A model generated the notes under the pieces. That model was not told the DNA's origin. It did not search any database and saw only the letters and a list, made by a program, of their open reading frames with translations. Below are positions 9,528 to 18,683 of a DNA stretch of 64,000 nucleotides, one piece after another. A program made the translations under genes and the position numbers. Position 1 is the stretch's first letter. Each line of letters begins with the position of its first letter. Origin of the DNA: Anaerolineae bacterium (GTDB taxonomy: Bacteria > Chloroflexota > Anaerolineae > SpSt-600); NCBI GenBank assembly GCA_042408195.1, contig JBHOQL010000067.1, positions 11,579-75,578 on the forward strand, given 5' to 3'.

Positions 9528-9999
9528 AAGTCCACTTATATTATATACCACACTTTTGCTTCTGTCAAGACCAATCGTTTACTGAGATCCAGGCGTGAGC
9601 TGGGACAGGGAGAACAATGGCGGCAAAAAGCGTCCAGGTCTCCTCCACAATCCTCTCCCCCCAACAAATCTTTCGGGGTAGCGAAGGTCCGAAAATTCCC
9701 CCTGGGGGATGGTCAGAGACCGGAATGAGCGGGCCCTCCAGAACCACCTGGCCGATTTCGGCAGCCCGCCAGGCGATGGTTGGGTCATCAAAAGAAGGTT
9801 TCATAAATCGGTGTCTATGGATGGGAGGCGTGGGATACCTCCTGACCAAAGATAGGGTTTTACGTCCGAGACTTCGTGCAAACTATCCCAACTTATATCC
9901 GAACTTCAGTTATCAGCAGAATCCTGGATAGGCCAAATTGAGGCTAAATTGCGGCAGGGATAAGAGTGGAGTAAAATTGAACCAAGTGGGGGAAGTTAG

Positions 10000-12228
10000 A
10001 TGGGATTTGGCTCAATTTTCTTCCTCTGGCTTCAACTTACAGTGGCCTGGTGCGTTGTAGCGGCGGATTGGACTGAAGGGCTTGAGGTTCTGCTATGGGT
10101 TACAACCTTGGCCTTCCTCACTGGTTCCCTCCTGGTTTTATCCCGCTGGCCTTCTCGCTTGGCGCATCTGTACAGCCTGGTTACCGGTAGCTTTTTCCTC
10201 TTTGTCTTAACTGCCCTGGTTTTGCCTGGAAATCTGGAGCTGCAGGACAGGTTTGTAAACCTGAGCTGGCGGATAAATTACTGGCTATTGGAGGCTGTGG
10301 CCGGGAAGGCAAGAGGAGATCCACTCGCTTTTGTGTTGTTAATGGGCTTTGTAGTTTGGTGGTCCGTTTACCTCGGAGTCTGGTGGGCTTTCCGGGGACG
10401 CAATGGATGGAAAGCCGTCACGCCCGGAGGAGTTATTATCGCTGTAAATACCTATTACGGTCCTCAAAGCTTAACCATCTACCCTATCGCGTATGCCCTG
10501 GGAGCGCTTTTCTTCATCCTCTGGCTCCGCTTTCAGGAACAGCAAGAGGGCTGGGCTCGTCACAGGGTCGGTTTTTCCCCTTACGCTTACTTTGATTTCT
10601 TCCGCTACGGTTTAATCTTCATTCTGGTGGCCATTACCGTGGCCTGGATTGCGCCGGAGATTAAAGCTCAATCCGGGTTCGCCTTTTTCAAAGAAGGCTG
10701 GGAAAGGGTCCAGAAAGAGTGGAACAGGCTCTTTCCTTCCCTCAGAGGATATAGAAGTCCGAAGGTAGGTCGAGCTTTGTTCGGCAAAGAGTTGAGCCTT
10801 GGGGGACCTATTGCTCTCGGAGATTTGGTTGTAATGGAGGTGGAAGCCTTTCCTCATAATCTGGTCCGTTACTGGAAAGCGGCCACTTACGATTTCTACA
10901 CCGGTAGGGGCTGGCTCAATACTGACGACAAGGCTTTCCCCTTTGAGGCATGGGAGGAAATTCCCCTCTTTCCCTTTGAGATGAGGGAAGCTCTCACTCA
11001 AACTTACCGTTACATAGAGCCTGAAGGAGGGGTTCTCTTTGCAGCTTACCAACCTTTCCTCCTCTCGGAAGCAGCGTTCGCCATAGCCTTTGAAGAGGGG
11101 GGCAAATTGGAACCCTCTATCCTCCTCGCCTCCGAGCCTATAAAGCGGGGGGAGACTGTGAGGGTCGTATCCATGGTGAGCGTGGCTGATGAGGGTAGCC
11201 TGCGCAGAGCCGGAACCGATTACCCTCCCTGGGTCGTTGTTCGCTATCTACAGCTTCCCCCTGAGCTTCCACAGCGGGTCAGGGAATTGGCTGCAGAAAT
11301 AACTTCCCCTTATGATAACCCCTACGATAAGGTTCTGGCCCTCGAGCGTTACCTTAGGGAGAATATAATTTACAATGAGAAGATTCCACCCCCGCCTGAA
11401 GGCAGGGATGCGGTGGATTACTTTCTCTTTGATCTGCGCCAGGGCTACTGCTATTACTATGCTTCGGCAATGGTGGTGATGGCCAGAACCCTAGGAATAC
11501 CAGCTCGCCTGGCAGCAGGTTATACCAGTGGTGAATACCTGATGGCTAAGGAGAGATGGCGGGTGCGGGAAAAACACGCTCATGCCTGGGTAGAAGTGTT
11601 CTTTCCCAATTATGGCTGGGTTGAGTTTGAACCCACTTCCGCACGGCCGCCTATAATAAGGCTGTCCGGCGTCGAGACAAGGCCTGAGTCTGTTGTTGGC
11701 AGGGAGCGTTCCCTTCGCATACCTGAGAACATTGAAATACCCGAAGAAACATCTCCATCGCTTCCGGGACTTCCCACTCTTACTCCAAATACTTCGCAGG
11801 TTGGAAGGTTCAGAAGATTCTGGCCCTTGGTGCCCGGTATAACTGCCCTGGCTGCATTGCTAAAGGTCCTATGGCTGAAACTGGAGCCTCTGGAGCTTCC
11901 TCCGGCCTCCCGGTTTTACCTCCGTCTCCTGAGATTTGGCCAGTTGATGGGGGTAAAGCTAAACCCTTGCCAGACCCCCCAGGAATACGCCGAAAGGTTG
12001 GCCGAGCTCCTGCCGGATAGGACCAACACTTTGAAAAACTTAGTGGGTTTTTATCTTCAAGAGAGGTTTTCCCCGGAACCTCCCGATGAAGAAACTGTAG
12101 CAGAAGTGTGGAGAGCCCTGTTTCCTGTATTACTTCTGTCCTTTCTTAAACGCGCCAGGAGGAAAAGAGGAATAGTCGCTATGGCCGTCCAGGATAGCAC
12201 GGCAGCAAATCCTGCTAATTGGGCATAG
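10000..12228 (+). CDS. Transglutaminase-like membrane protein (N-terminal TM domain, transglutaminase core, C-terminal DUF4129-like region)
   Basis: 742 aa. The N-terminus is hydrophobic. The core QGYCYYYASAMVVMARTLGIPARLAAGY ... HAHAWVEVFFPNYGWVEFEP has the Cys/His/Asp arrangement of transglutaminase-like cysteine proteases. Confidence 0.7.
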   Translation: MGFGSIFFLWLQLTVAWCVVAADWTEGLEVLLWVTTLAFLTGSLLVLSRWPSRLAHLYSLVTGSFFLFVLTALVLPGNLELQDRFVNLSWRINYWLLEAVAGKARGDPLAFVLLMGFVVWWSVYLGVWWAFRGRNGWKAVTPGGVIIAVNTYYGPQSLTIYPIAYALGALFFILWLRFQEQQEGWARHRVGFSPYAYFDFFRYGLIFILVAITVAWIAPEIKAQSGFAFFKEGWERVQKEWNRLFPSLRGYRSPKVGRALFGKELSLGGPIALGDLVVMEVEAFPHNLVRYWKAATYDFYTGRGWLNTDDKAFPFEAWEEIPLFPFEMREALTQTYRYIEPEGGVLFAAYQPFLLSEAAFAIAFEEGGKLEPSILLASEPIKRGETVRVVSMVSVADEGSLRRAGTDYPPWVVVRYLQLPPELPQRVRELAAEITSPYDNPYDKVLALERYLRENIIYNEKIPPPPEGRDAVDYFLFDLRQGYCYYYASAMVVMARTLGIPARLAAGYTSGEYLMAKERWRVREKHAHAWVEVFFPNYGWVEFEPTSARPPIIRLSGVETRPESVVGRERSLRIPENIEIPEETSPSLPGLPTLTPNTSQVGRFRRFWPLVPGITALAALLKVLWLKLEPLELPPASRFYLRLLRFGQLMGVKLNPCQTPQEYAERLAELLPDRTNTLKNLVGFYLQERFSPEPPDEETVAEVWRALFPVLLLSFLKRARRKRGIVAMAVQDSTAANPANWA

Positions 12229-13403
12229 AGCTGATGGGGGAAATCCGGGATAAAGCCTTGCGATACCCAAAGGCCGCTCACTCCTTGGCCGAAGACTCCC
12301 AGGTAATTTCCAGGGATACCGTTCCACCCTTCGCCGTATTCCCCACTCGCCAGAAATGCAGGGAGCAAGAGGCCCAAAGTGCTCCCAAGGCCGCTCGTAG
12401 CCATAACCCCCGATGGGTCTCCAAACTTGAGGGTTTCTTCCCAGAGATAGACTACCGGCGGGAGGAGGAAGCCAGTTGCAAAGCCAGCAAGCCAAGCAGC
12501 CCAGAAAGGTATGAAGAAGCAGGAAGTTCCTCCGACTATGAGTCCAGCTGTCCCCCCTCTTACAGCCATAAGGAAATCACCGCGGCCGGTGGCAAGGAAA
12601 GAATAGAGAGAAGCTCCCAGTATTCCACCCATTGTTGCCAGCACAGTGTTCACCATCCCTGCATTTACGGAGATATCAGGGAGAGTGGAATAGATGGGGT
12701 GGGTGGTAAGAAAGGCCCCAGTGCCGAGTATGGCCAGGGTAAGACCCGCGCCCGCCAAGATAGGAAGGTGAACAGGGGGCATAGCTGGAACGGGGGACGG
12801 CTTTTTGCGGAGGCCCAGAACCGCTATTCCCAGGAAAGAAATGAACGCTCCCGTGAGGTGGGGCGAAGAAGCTCCCACTATGTCAATGAAACCATGACCG
12901 AGGCCTGCGTTTTTCCCCAGATGGTAGAGCCATCCCCCACCCCAAATCCAATTGCCTACGACGGGATGGAGGAGAAAGGATATTACCAGCCCTAACCCCA
13001 TGAGTAGGAAACGGTTCACTCTGCTCCAAAGGTTAGCCAGAGGGAGAAACACGGCCAATGAAACGAGGGAAAGGCCATGGAAGAAGAGGGAAAGGGTTTC
13101 CGAAGAGAGCCTCTCACCCTTCAGGAAGAATCCGTAGAGGCCTATCACCCCCCAGCCTGGACCCCATTGCACATCCAAGGGAGACCATTCCCAGATGAGG
13201 CCTTCAAGTCCTTTCACATGCCGGTGAACGAGACCTATACCTCCAAATTCAAAGGCAAAACCGCTAATAAAATAACCAAGTGTTCCGAGAGCCAGGGAAA
13301 GGAGGAAAACGTAAGCTATATCTCTGGCCTCTTCTGGTTTTCTGCCCCCCAGGGCTACGAGAGCGAACCCAAGGGGAAGGAGCAAACTCAGAAAGCTCAT
13401 CAC
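12057..13403 (-). CDS. Ammonium transporter (Amt/MEP/Rh) family membrane protein, divergent
   Basis: 448 aa and polytopic. Aligned by eye to E. coli AmtB: WGGGWL...GFIDIVGASSPHLTGAFISFLGIAVLGLRKK versus WGGGLL...[28 protein letters not shown], and NTVLATMGGILGA versus NTVVATAAAILGW. Confidence 0.55.
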   Translation of the reverse strand: MMSFLSLLLPLGFALVALGGRKPEEARDIAYVFLLSLALGTLGYFISGFAFEFGGIGLVHRHVKGLEGLIWEWSPLDVQWGPGWGVIGLYGFFLKGERLSSETLSLFFHGLSLVSLAVFLPLANLWSRVNRFLLMGLGLVISFLLHPVVGNWIWGGGWLYHLGKNAGLGHGFIDIVGASSPHLTGAFISFLGIAVLGLRKKPSPVPAMPPVHLPILAGAGLTLAILGTGAFLTTHPIYSTLPDISVNAGMVNTVLATMGGILGASLYSFLATGRGDFLMAVRGGTAGLIVGGTSCFFIPFWAAWLAGFATGFLLPPVVYLWEETLKFGDPSGVMATSGLGSTLGLLLPAFLASGEYGEGWNGIPGNYLGVFGQGVSGLWVSQGFIPDFPHQLYAQLAGFAAVLSWTAIATIPLFLLARLRKDRSNTGNRALHTSATVSSSGGSGENLS

Positions 13404-13444
13404 AGCTCAACCTCCTCCTTGAATTTTCCATTGAGGAGAGTGTT

Positions 13445-13894
13445 ATGAAGTTCATAGCGGATAGCATGCTGGGTTCTCTTGCCAAATGGCTTCGCATCCT
13501 GGGTTATGACACCCTCTACTTTCCCCACGTGGACGATGATGAATTGGCCTACCGTGCAATGGCCGAAGAAAGAGTGCTTCTCACCCGCGACCAGGAACTT
13601 GCCCGCAGGAGGGGAGTCCGAGCTCTTCTGATAAAGAGCACTTCGCTGGAAGAGCAGATCCTTCAGGTATTCAAGGAACTGGGGCTGGAAACGAGGAACT
13701 GTTTCTCCCGCTGCCCTGTGTGCAATGAGCCCCTCAAGCCCGTCGAGAAGGAAAGCGTTCGCGAGAAGGTTCCGCCTTATGTCTTTCAAACTTATGAGCA
13801 GTTCAGCTCTTGTCCTGGCTGCCAGCGCATTTATTGGAGAGGTAGCCATTGGCAAAGGATGAAGGAAATCTTGGATGAGCTCCTCTCGAGTTAG
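13445..13894 (+). CDS. Mut7-C RNase domain protein (DUF82/COG1656, PIN-like)
   Basis: The internal start MKFIADSMLGSLAKWLRILGYDTLYF matches the conserved N-terminus of the Mut7-C family. The C-terminus has a zinc-ribbon-like CPVCN...CPGCQ. An RBS (GAGGAGAG) lies directly upstream of the ATG at 13445. The ORF-track N-terminal extension is probably not translated. Confidence 0.6.
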   Translation: MKFIADSMLGSLAKWLRILGYDTLYFPHVDDDELAYRAMAEERVLLTRDQELARRRGVRALLIKSTSLEEQILQVFKELGLETRNCFSRCPVCNEPLKPVEKESVREKVPPYVFQTYEQFSSCPGCQRIYWRGSHWQRMKEILDELLSS

Positions 13895-14158
13895 CCTTCT
13901 ATCCGAACGGTTTCGGAGGGGAACACGGGGTCTAGCTTTGTCCTCTGACTCGCGAAGGGATTTGGTGTTGGTCTCATAGGAGGCTGGGGTATAGTAGTCC
14001 TTACCCTCGCATGAATCTTCAAAATGCTCTGGTTTTGCGCTCATGGTTCCATTTGACTATTCTTGGTCTACCTTTAAGCATTCAGGCTGCTTATATTTAT
14101 CACGGGCAATCGCTGAAAGCCTTGCTGACGGTGCATCTGCTTGATGTCACAATGTTCT

Positions 14159-14902
14159 TTATTGCTTTGAAAGCAATCCTGGAACAAAGTGAAGCGTAAG
14201 GGCCAGGCCCAGCGCAAAGGCCACGACGAACTGGCCTGGTTCCAGAGGCCCCAGTATTTGGGCTACGTCACCCCGGAGAAAACGAAGGGTGAAATCAAAG
14301 GGCAAGTAGCCGAGAGCGTAAGCGAGGAAAATGGGGCCTGCTTTGACCTTTCGCAGATAAAGGGCGAACAGGAGGATGAAGAGCAAGGCGCTCCATATGG
14401 CTCCAACGGCCTGGACCGGGAAGCGGTATGCTTTTACTCCATAGACATCGGGCAGGAAGAAGGAGAGGAAGCCTCTCCATTCCCGGCCGTAGGCAAACCC
14501 AGCCGTATGGCATGCCCACCACCCCAGAGCTTGGGCGGGTGTAAGGGCTAAAGCAGTGTGGTCCAGAAGCTCCGCCAGATTTAACTTTTGGACTCGGGCG
14601 AAGAGGATTAGTGTTAGTAATCCTCCGAGCAGGGCCGTGGAGAAAGCTATCCCTCCCTTCCAGATCCGCCATGCCTCTTTCAGGTTCTCTGAAAAATAGC
14701 CCCAGTTGCCGACAACGAAGCCAAGTCTGCCCAGCACCAATCCTCCGGCCATGCTCCAGATAAGGGCATCAAAAGCCTTTTCCAATCCCCAGCGTTTTCT
14801 TCCGAGTCCCACGAACAAAGCAGAGCCAACAATAACGCTAAGCATCATAAGTAGAGAGTATGGCAAAACAGGCCATTTCCATATCCAGAAAAGGGGTTTC
14901 AA
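14159..14902 (-). CDS. lgt: Prolipoprotein diacylglyceryl transferase (Lgt) family
   Basis: 247 aa and polytopic. LGRLGFVVGNWGYF...WKGGIAF aligns by eye with the Lgt GGRIGYVLFYNF...WDGGMSF region. Some canonical residues may be substituted. The gene starts 3 nt downstream of the preceding membrane-protein gene. Confidence 0.5.
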   Translation of the reverse strand: MKPLFWIWKWPVLPYSLLMMLSVIVGSALFVGLGRKRWGLEKAFDALIWSMAGGLVLGRLGFVVGNWGYFSENLKEAWRIWKGGIAFSTALLGGLLTLILFARVQKLNLAELLDHTALALTPAQALGWWACHTAGFAYGREWRGFLSFFLPDVYGVKAYRFPVQAVGAIWSALLFILLFALYLRKVKAGPIFLAYALGYLPFDFTLRFLRGDVAQILGPLEPGQFVVAFALGLALTLHFVPGLLSKQ

Positions 14903-14905
14903 TGG

Positions 14906-17551
14906 TTACCTCCTTTCCAGCCGGATAAAGTCCACAGCTGCGGTCAGTGTTCTGGCGTCAGGATTGTACCCGAGGCGTAGGTAAACATCATCCCCTTCCT
15001 TTTCCAGACCTGAACCGGGGGTGCTGCCTTTAACCCCGACGAAGGCATAGCATGGGCCATCTGACGGGCCATTGAGTCCGATGGATTTTAGGACTTCGGG
15101 GGCGTTTGCGGGCCAGAGGCCTCCATAGGCCGCTCCGACCACTATGCTCCCGGGAGCTATCCCTTCCACAAATGAGAGGAAGCTCATCTCTTCTCCAGGT
15201 CCGAAAGCCTTGATCGTTAATATACTACCCTCTTTGGGCTCTAAAACAGCCAGGTTGAGTCCTGCTTTGTTGAGGGAAGCGTTTTCCCCTCCCACTGTGA
15301 TGAAAGCAAAGCCTTGACCGGAATGGATTTCCAGCTCGGCGGGAGAATTCACTCCAGTTGAGCCTATGGCGAATTCAGGAGGAAGAACTTTGCGGGGAGA
15401 AGCTGCATGCGAAAATTGGAGTTCAATCCGATTGAGGCCTTGAGAGAGCAAACCTTCGGGTATAGGAAAGGAAAGTTCATTCCACCATGGATAGAGCTTT
15501 GCTTCTCCCAGGGCGATTCCATTGAGCTTGATTTTGATGGTTTGTTCGGGGGAACCTGGGTAAGTGAATGGCGCAACTTTAACGGTCAGGGTAAAGGAGC
15601 CCCTCGCCATCGGGGGCAAGAAGACCACAGCTCGCTTGGAGATGGCCCATACCGCAGTTGTCCCAGCTATTTCCTCGTTCCTGTCCCATCCCTCACCAAG
15701 GTAGGGTAGGGCCTCTTCGGTGCCTAAATCTATCTCCAGAGAAGAGGCAGCAGGAGGGACTTTCACCTTATAGACCTTTGTGCCATCGCCCTCAAGGTAG
15801 GGCTCGGTGGGCAGGAGCCTCTCCACAAGCTCCAAGGTCTTGGTGTAAGTATCAGAGTAAGGAAGCCTCCCAGGGGTTGGGGGTAAGACCACAAGGTAGC
15901 GGATATTGTAGAGGCGAGCGAGTTCCGGAGCCTGGGCTCGGGCTCTTGCCTCAAGTTCTGGGGAGACTTCTTTGTAAGTTTCGGCTGAAACTATGGCTTG
16001 GAAGAAAGGCAGGCGGAGGAAATAATCAAACTGGAAGGGTGGATTGCGGGATATGTTCCCGGCTAAGAGCTTTTTGCCATGGGCTGTCTGGTAGTATTGA
16101 GCTTGAGTGCTCTCTGCCCCCGCCATTCCAAAGCTGTTGCGCCAGCCGAGTGGTAGTTGCAAGATTGTAAAATCCCCATTTTCCTGTCCCAAAATCAGAA
16201 GAGGAGCAGGTATTCTGGCATCAGTCAAAGGCATGGGTATAGCCAGGTGTTCGGTCAGGATCAGGGTGGCAAGAACACCGCTCACAGCTCTGGAGAAGCT
16301 TGTGGAAAAGCGGTGTGCCATTAGGCTCACAACTCTTTGCGCTCCAAAGGCGATGAGGACCGCAAGACACAGTGTCAGGATAACGCTGAAGCGGTTTGGG
16401 ACACGGTTGGCCCGGAAGATGGGAACGTAATGGAGGAGGGCGAAAGGCATTGGTATGGTTATGGGGATGCCATCCATATCAAAAACGTAACGCTTTTGGA
16501 CCTGCAGGACTGGTCCTAAGCAGAAGGAAGCGAACAGGAGGGCCTGGGCAAGCCAGGTGCTGACTGCTCTGCTGGGGCGTTTGAGAACGGCAATAGTGGC
16601 CAGAACCAGAGACACATAGCCCAGAAAGACCGTATTGACATCGGAGAAGCGAGAAGTGCTCTCCGTGACTGCTCTGAGCTCCCTTTCCCAGCTTGTCCCT
16701 AGCCAAGGATGGAGAGATGTGGGCGTGAGGAAACCCAGGAGGTCGGTGGACAGTTTGAGAGCGTCGCCCCAGCCCTTAAGCTCATATTCTTCCTGGATGA
16801 ATTCCCTTAACACTGGAACCAGCACTGGCCAATAAGTTACCAGGACAACCACGGATAGGATGATCAACCTCAAGATTAAACGGTGATAAAAGAGCTCCCT
16901 GCGGCGCAAGATCAGGTAGAAAGCGGAGAAGATGATTAGGAAAGTGCCGAAAATCATTTCGCAGAGCATAGCCAACGTGGCGAAGAGACCTGCCAGGAAT
17001 GGGTTCTTCCACTCTGGTTCCTCTACAGTTTTAATGAAGAAGAGCACGTAGAAGGGAAGCCATTGAGTACTGACTATATTGTAGTGGCCGAGAGCGGCGT
17101 AAACGTGCCGGTTTGAAGCGAAGGCGTAGAAAATTCCAGCCAAGATGGCAGCCGTGCGGGCGTATTCATTCAAGCCATTGCGCCGCAAGAGGTAAAAAGC
17201 CAGAAGGTAGGCTCCCCATCCGCTTACAATCCAGGCGAAAATGAGCGTGAGGTTGCTCGCCAGAGGAAGGGGCATAAAAAAGGTGAGGGGGAGAGCCAGG
17301 GCACAGTTGAAGAGATTGTAAGTGTAAAGGATGAGCTTTGTCCCCACTGGGAAGAAGATGTAATCGGTGGAAAAAGGGGAGATGTGGAGCTCCAGTAAGG
17401 AACGCTTGAACCACCAAATGTTCCAGACGAAGGTATATTCGTCAAAGGCCCAGAGGTTGCTTCCTGGAACATGAGTGCTCATGTGGAAAGGGAGAGGATA
17501 TGTGAGGAGCAAAGTTAAGAAAAGAAAGAGCACCGGGGTCAGGGCTCTCAT
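14906..17551 (-). CDS. Large polytopic membrane protein (about 881 aa) with a C-terminal extracytoplasmic domain. It may be a GT-C-type glycosyltransferase (YfhO/PMT/ArnT-like), but its function is unknown.
   Basis: At least 12 predicted TM segments in the N-terminal half, followed by a roughly 400-aa soluble domain. I chose the start at the internal ATG at 17551 (MRALTPVLFLFL, RBS GAAGGAG upstream) rather than the ORF-track start at 17686. The gene appears co-transcribed with lgt. Confidence 0.5.
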   Translation of the reverse strand: MRALTPVLFLFLTLLLTYPLPFHMSTHVPGSNLWAFDEYTFVWNIWWFKRSLLELHISPFSTDYIFFPVGTKLILYTYNLFNCALALPLTFFMPLPLASNLTLIFAWIVSGWGAYLLAFYLLRRNGLNEYARTAAILAGIFYAFASNRHVYAALGHYNIVSTQWLPFYVLFFIKTVEEPEWKNPFLAGLFATLAMLCEMIFGTFLIIFSAFYLILRRRELFYHRLILRLIILSVVVLVTYWPVLVPVLREFIQEEYELKGWGDALKLSTDLLGFLTPTSLHPWLGTSWERELRAVTESTSRFSDVNTVFLGYVSLVLATIAVLKRPSRAVSTWLAQALLFASFCLGPVLQVQKRYVFDMDGIPITIPMPFALLHYVPIFRANRVPNRFSVILTLCLAVLIAFGAQRVVSLMAHRFSTSFSRAVSGVLATLILTEHLAIPMPLTDARIPAPLLILGQENGDFTILQLPLGWRNSFGMAGAESTQAQYYQTAHGKKLLAGNISRNPPFQFDYFLRLPFFQAIVSAETYKEVSPELEARARAQAPELARLYNIRYLVVLPPTPGRLPYSDTYTKTLELVERLLPTEPYLEGDGTKVYKVKVPPAASSLEIDLGTEEALPYLGEGWDRNEEIAGTTAVWAISKRAVVFLPPMARGSFTLTVKVAPFTYPGSPEQTIKIKLNGIALGEAKLYPWWNELSFPIPEGLLSQGLNRIELQFSHAASPRKVLPPEFAIGSTGVNSPAELEIHSGQGFAFITVGGENASLNKAGLNLAVLEPKEGSILTIKAFGPGEEMSFLSFVEGIAPGSIVVGAAYGGLWPANAPEVLKSIGLNGPSDGPCYAFVGVKGSTPGSGLEKEGDDVYLRLGYNPDARTLTAAVDFIRLERR

Positions 17552-17822
17552 CGCTTGTTTCTCCTTCGGCTTTTGTGGGGAAATAATACCACAACCTAGT
17601 AGTCTCTCCAAAATAGCCTTTAGCTCAGGTCCGATCTCCGGCTCAGATTGACTTAGAGCCGTTAGGGTGAACAAACCGCGGGGCAAGAAGCCTGACTCTC
17701 AGCCAAAGGGCTTGAGGAGCCTTTGGAAGATCACGAACAAGGGCAAACCGGGGTCATTCGCCTCTTTCGGCAGACTAAGGGCAGGCGACAATGTAGGGAC
17801 ATGGGGCTCATGTCCAGCCTGG

Positions 17823-18683
17823 TCAATAATTTGTAGTCTGGTCAATCAGGCCGCGCTCGCGGGCCAGGAAATCGCACAACTTGAAGGTGGCGAGGGCTGT
17901 TACACCGAAAAGGATTGAAAGGCCGAGCATTATTCCCAGGAGCTCTTCGTTGCTGAAAGAAGCGAGGGTGGAAAAAGTCCTGGAACCTTCTCCGAGCAAG
18001 GAACGGCGGATCAGTTCCAACCAGTAAGTTATGGGCATGATAAAGCCGATGGGGCGGAGCCAGCTTGGCAGAATCTCCAGCGGGAAAATTGCTCCACTGA
18101 AGAGGTAGAGGGCTCCTGCTACGGCTTCCCCTATTAAGAAAAAGTGATGGGCCACCAGGAGGCTAACATTAGCCAGTATGAGACCCATGAAGGCCAGCAT
18201 CACTATCCCCAGGGCCCAGGAAGAGAAGAGGAGAGGCCAATTCACCTGCATTGGGTTAATAGGCAAGTGAAGGAAAAGAACACCAGCCAGCAGGGTCACG
18301 AGCACTGCAAAGGAGCCTGTGAGGAAACGAGCTACCCCTCGGCCGAACCAATAGAGAGGAATGCGAACGGGAGCCACGTAAATATACTTCAAGGTGCGAT
18401 AATGTTCTCGGTCATCTATCACTGCCCAGGAAATTCCAGTCATGACGGAGCCTACATAAATGTAGAAGGCATTGCCTAGGTAAATATAGGGAAATACGGG
18501 TTCTCTGAACCGACCGCCCGTTATTACCCCATACATCACCACCAAAATTGCGGCCGAAGCGAGGGGTTTCACTATTGAGTAAATGGTGAAAAGCAGGGGA
18601 TCGGTCCAGTTGGACTCAATTTGCCATCCGAGCCACGTAGCCACCGCGAAAGAGCGCCAACCAGAAAGTAACCGGTTCTTCAT
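17823..18683 (-). CDS. ABC-2 type transporter permease
   Basis: 286 aa with six TM segments. It is the third gene of an ATPase-permease-permease operon. Confidence 0.7.
   Translation of the reverse strand: MKNRLLSGWRSFAVATWLGWQIESNWTDPLLFTIYSIVKPLASAAILVVMYGVITGGRFREPVFPYIYLGNAFYIYVGSVMTGISWAVIDDREHYRTLKYIYVAPVRIPLYWFGRGVARFLTGSFAVLVTLLAGVLFLHLPINPMQVNWPLLFSSWALGIVMLAFMGLILANVSLLVAHHFFLIGEAVAGALYLFSGAIFPLEILPSWLRPIGFIMPITYWLELIRRSLLGEGSRTFSTLASFSNEELLGIMLGLSILFGVTALATFKLCDFLARERGLIDQTTNY

Noticed and set aside
9405-9931. Several 70-107-aa ORFs inside the 540-bp spacer
   Set aside because: They overlap each other on both strands, lack RBSs and are Pro/Arg/Gly-rich. The region is better explained as regulatory or non-coding (see the repeat motif finding).
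12219-12995. 258-aa plus-strand ORF
   Set aside because: It is antisense to the Amt-family membrane-protein gene. It is hydrophilic and low-complexity with no RBS.
13400-14044. 214-aa ORF on the minus strand
   Set aside because: It is entirely antisense to the Mut7-C-domain gene, which has a conserved family signature and an RBS. It has no recognisable domains. It is most likely a GC-rich shadow ORF.
13895-14158. Searched for a tRNA or small RNA in the 264-bp convergent spacer, and likewise in 17552-17822
   Set aside because: There is no T-loop-like GTTCRANYC element or cloverleaf-compatible pairing. Only a short direct repeat CTGGTCAAT (x2) near 17816-17846 was seen, which I judged insignificant.
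14162-14180. ATTGCTTTGAAAGCAAT inverted repeat
   Set aside because: It looked like a terminator hairpin, but it lies inside the 3' coding end of the lgt-family gene and has no U-tract in either orientation.
14906-17686. N-terminal extensions in the ORF track (for example MPRGLFTLTALSQ... for the 881-aa membrane protein, and likewise at 53853-54791, 55677-56753, 13280-13894 and 23885-24694)
   Set aside because: In each case an internal ATG or GTG has a good Shine-Dalgarno sequence and begins the conserved or signal-peptide sequence. The upstream extension is hydrophilic junk that would disrupt a signal peptide or overlap the neighbouring gene.
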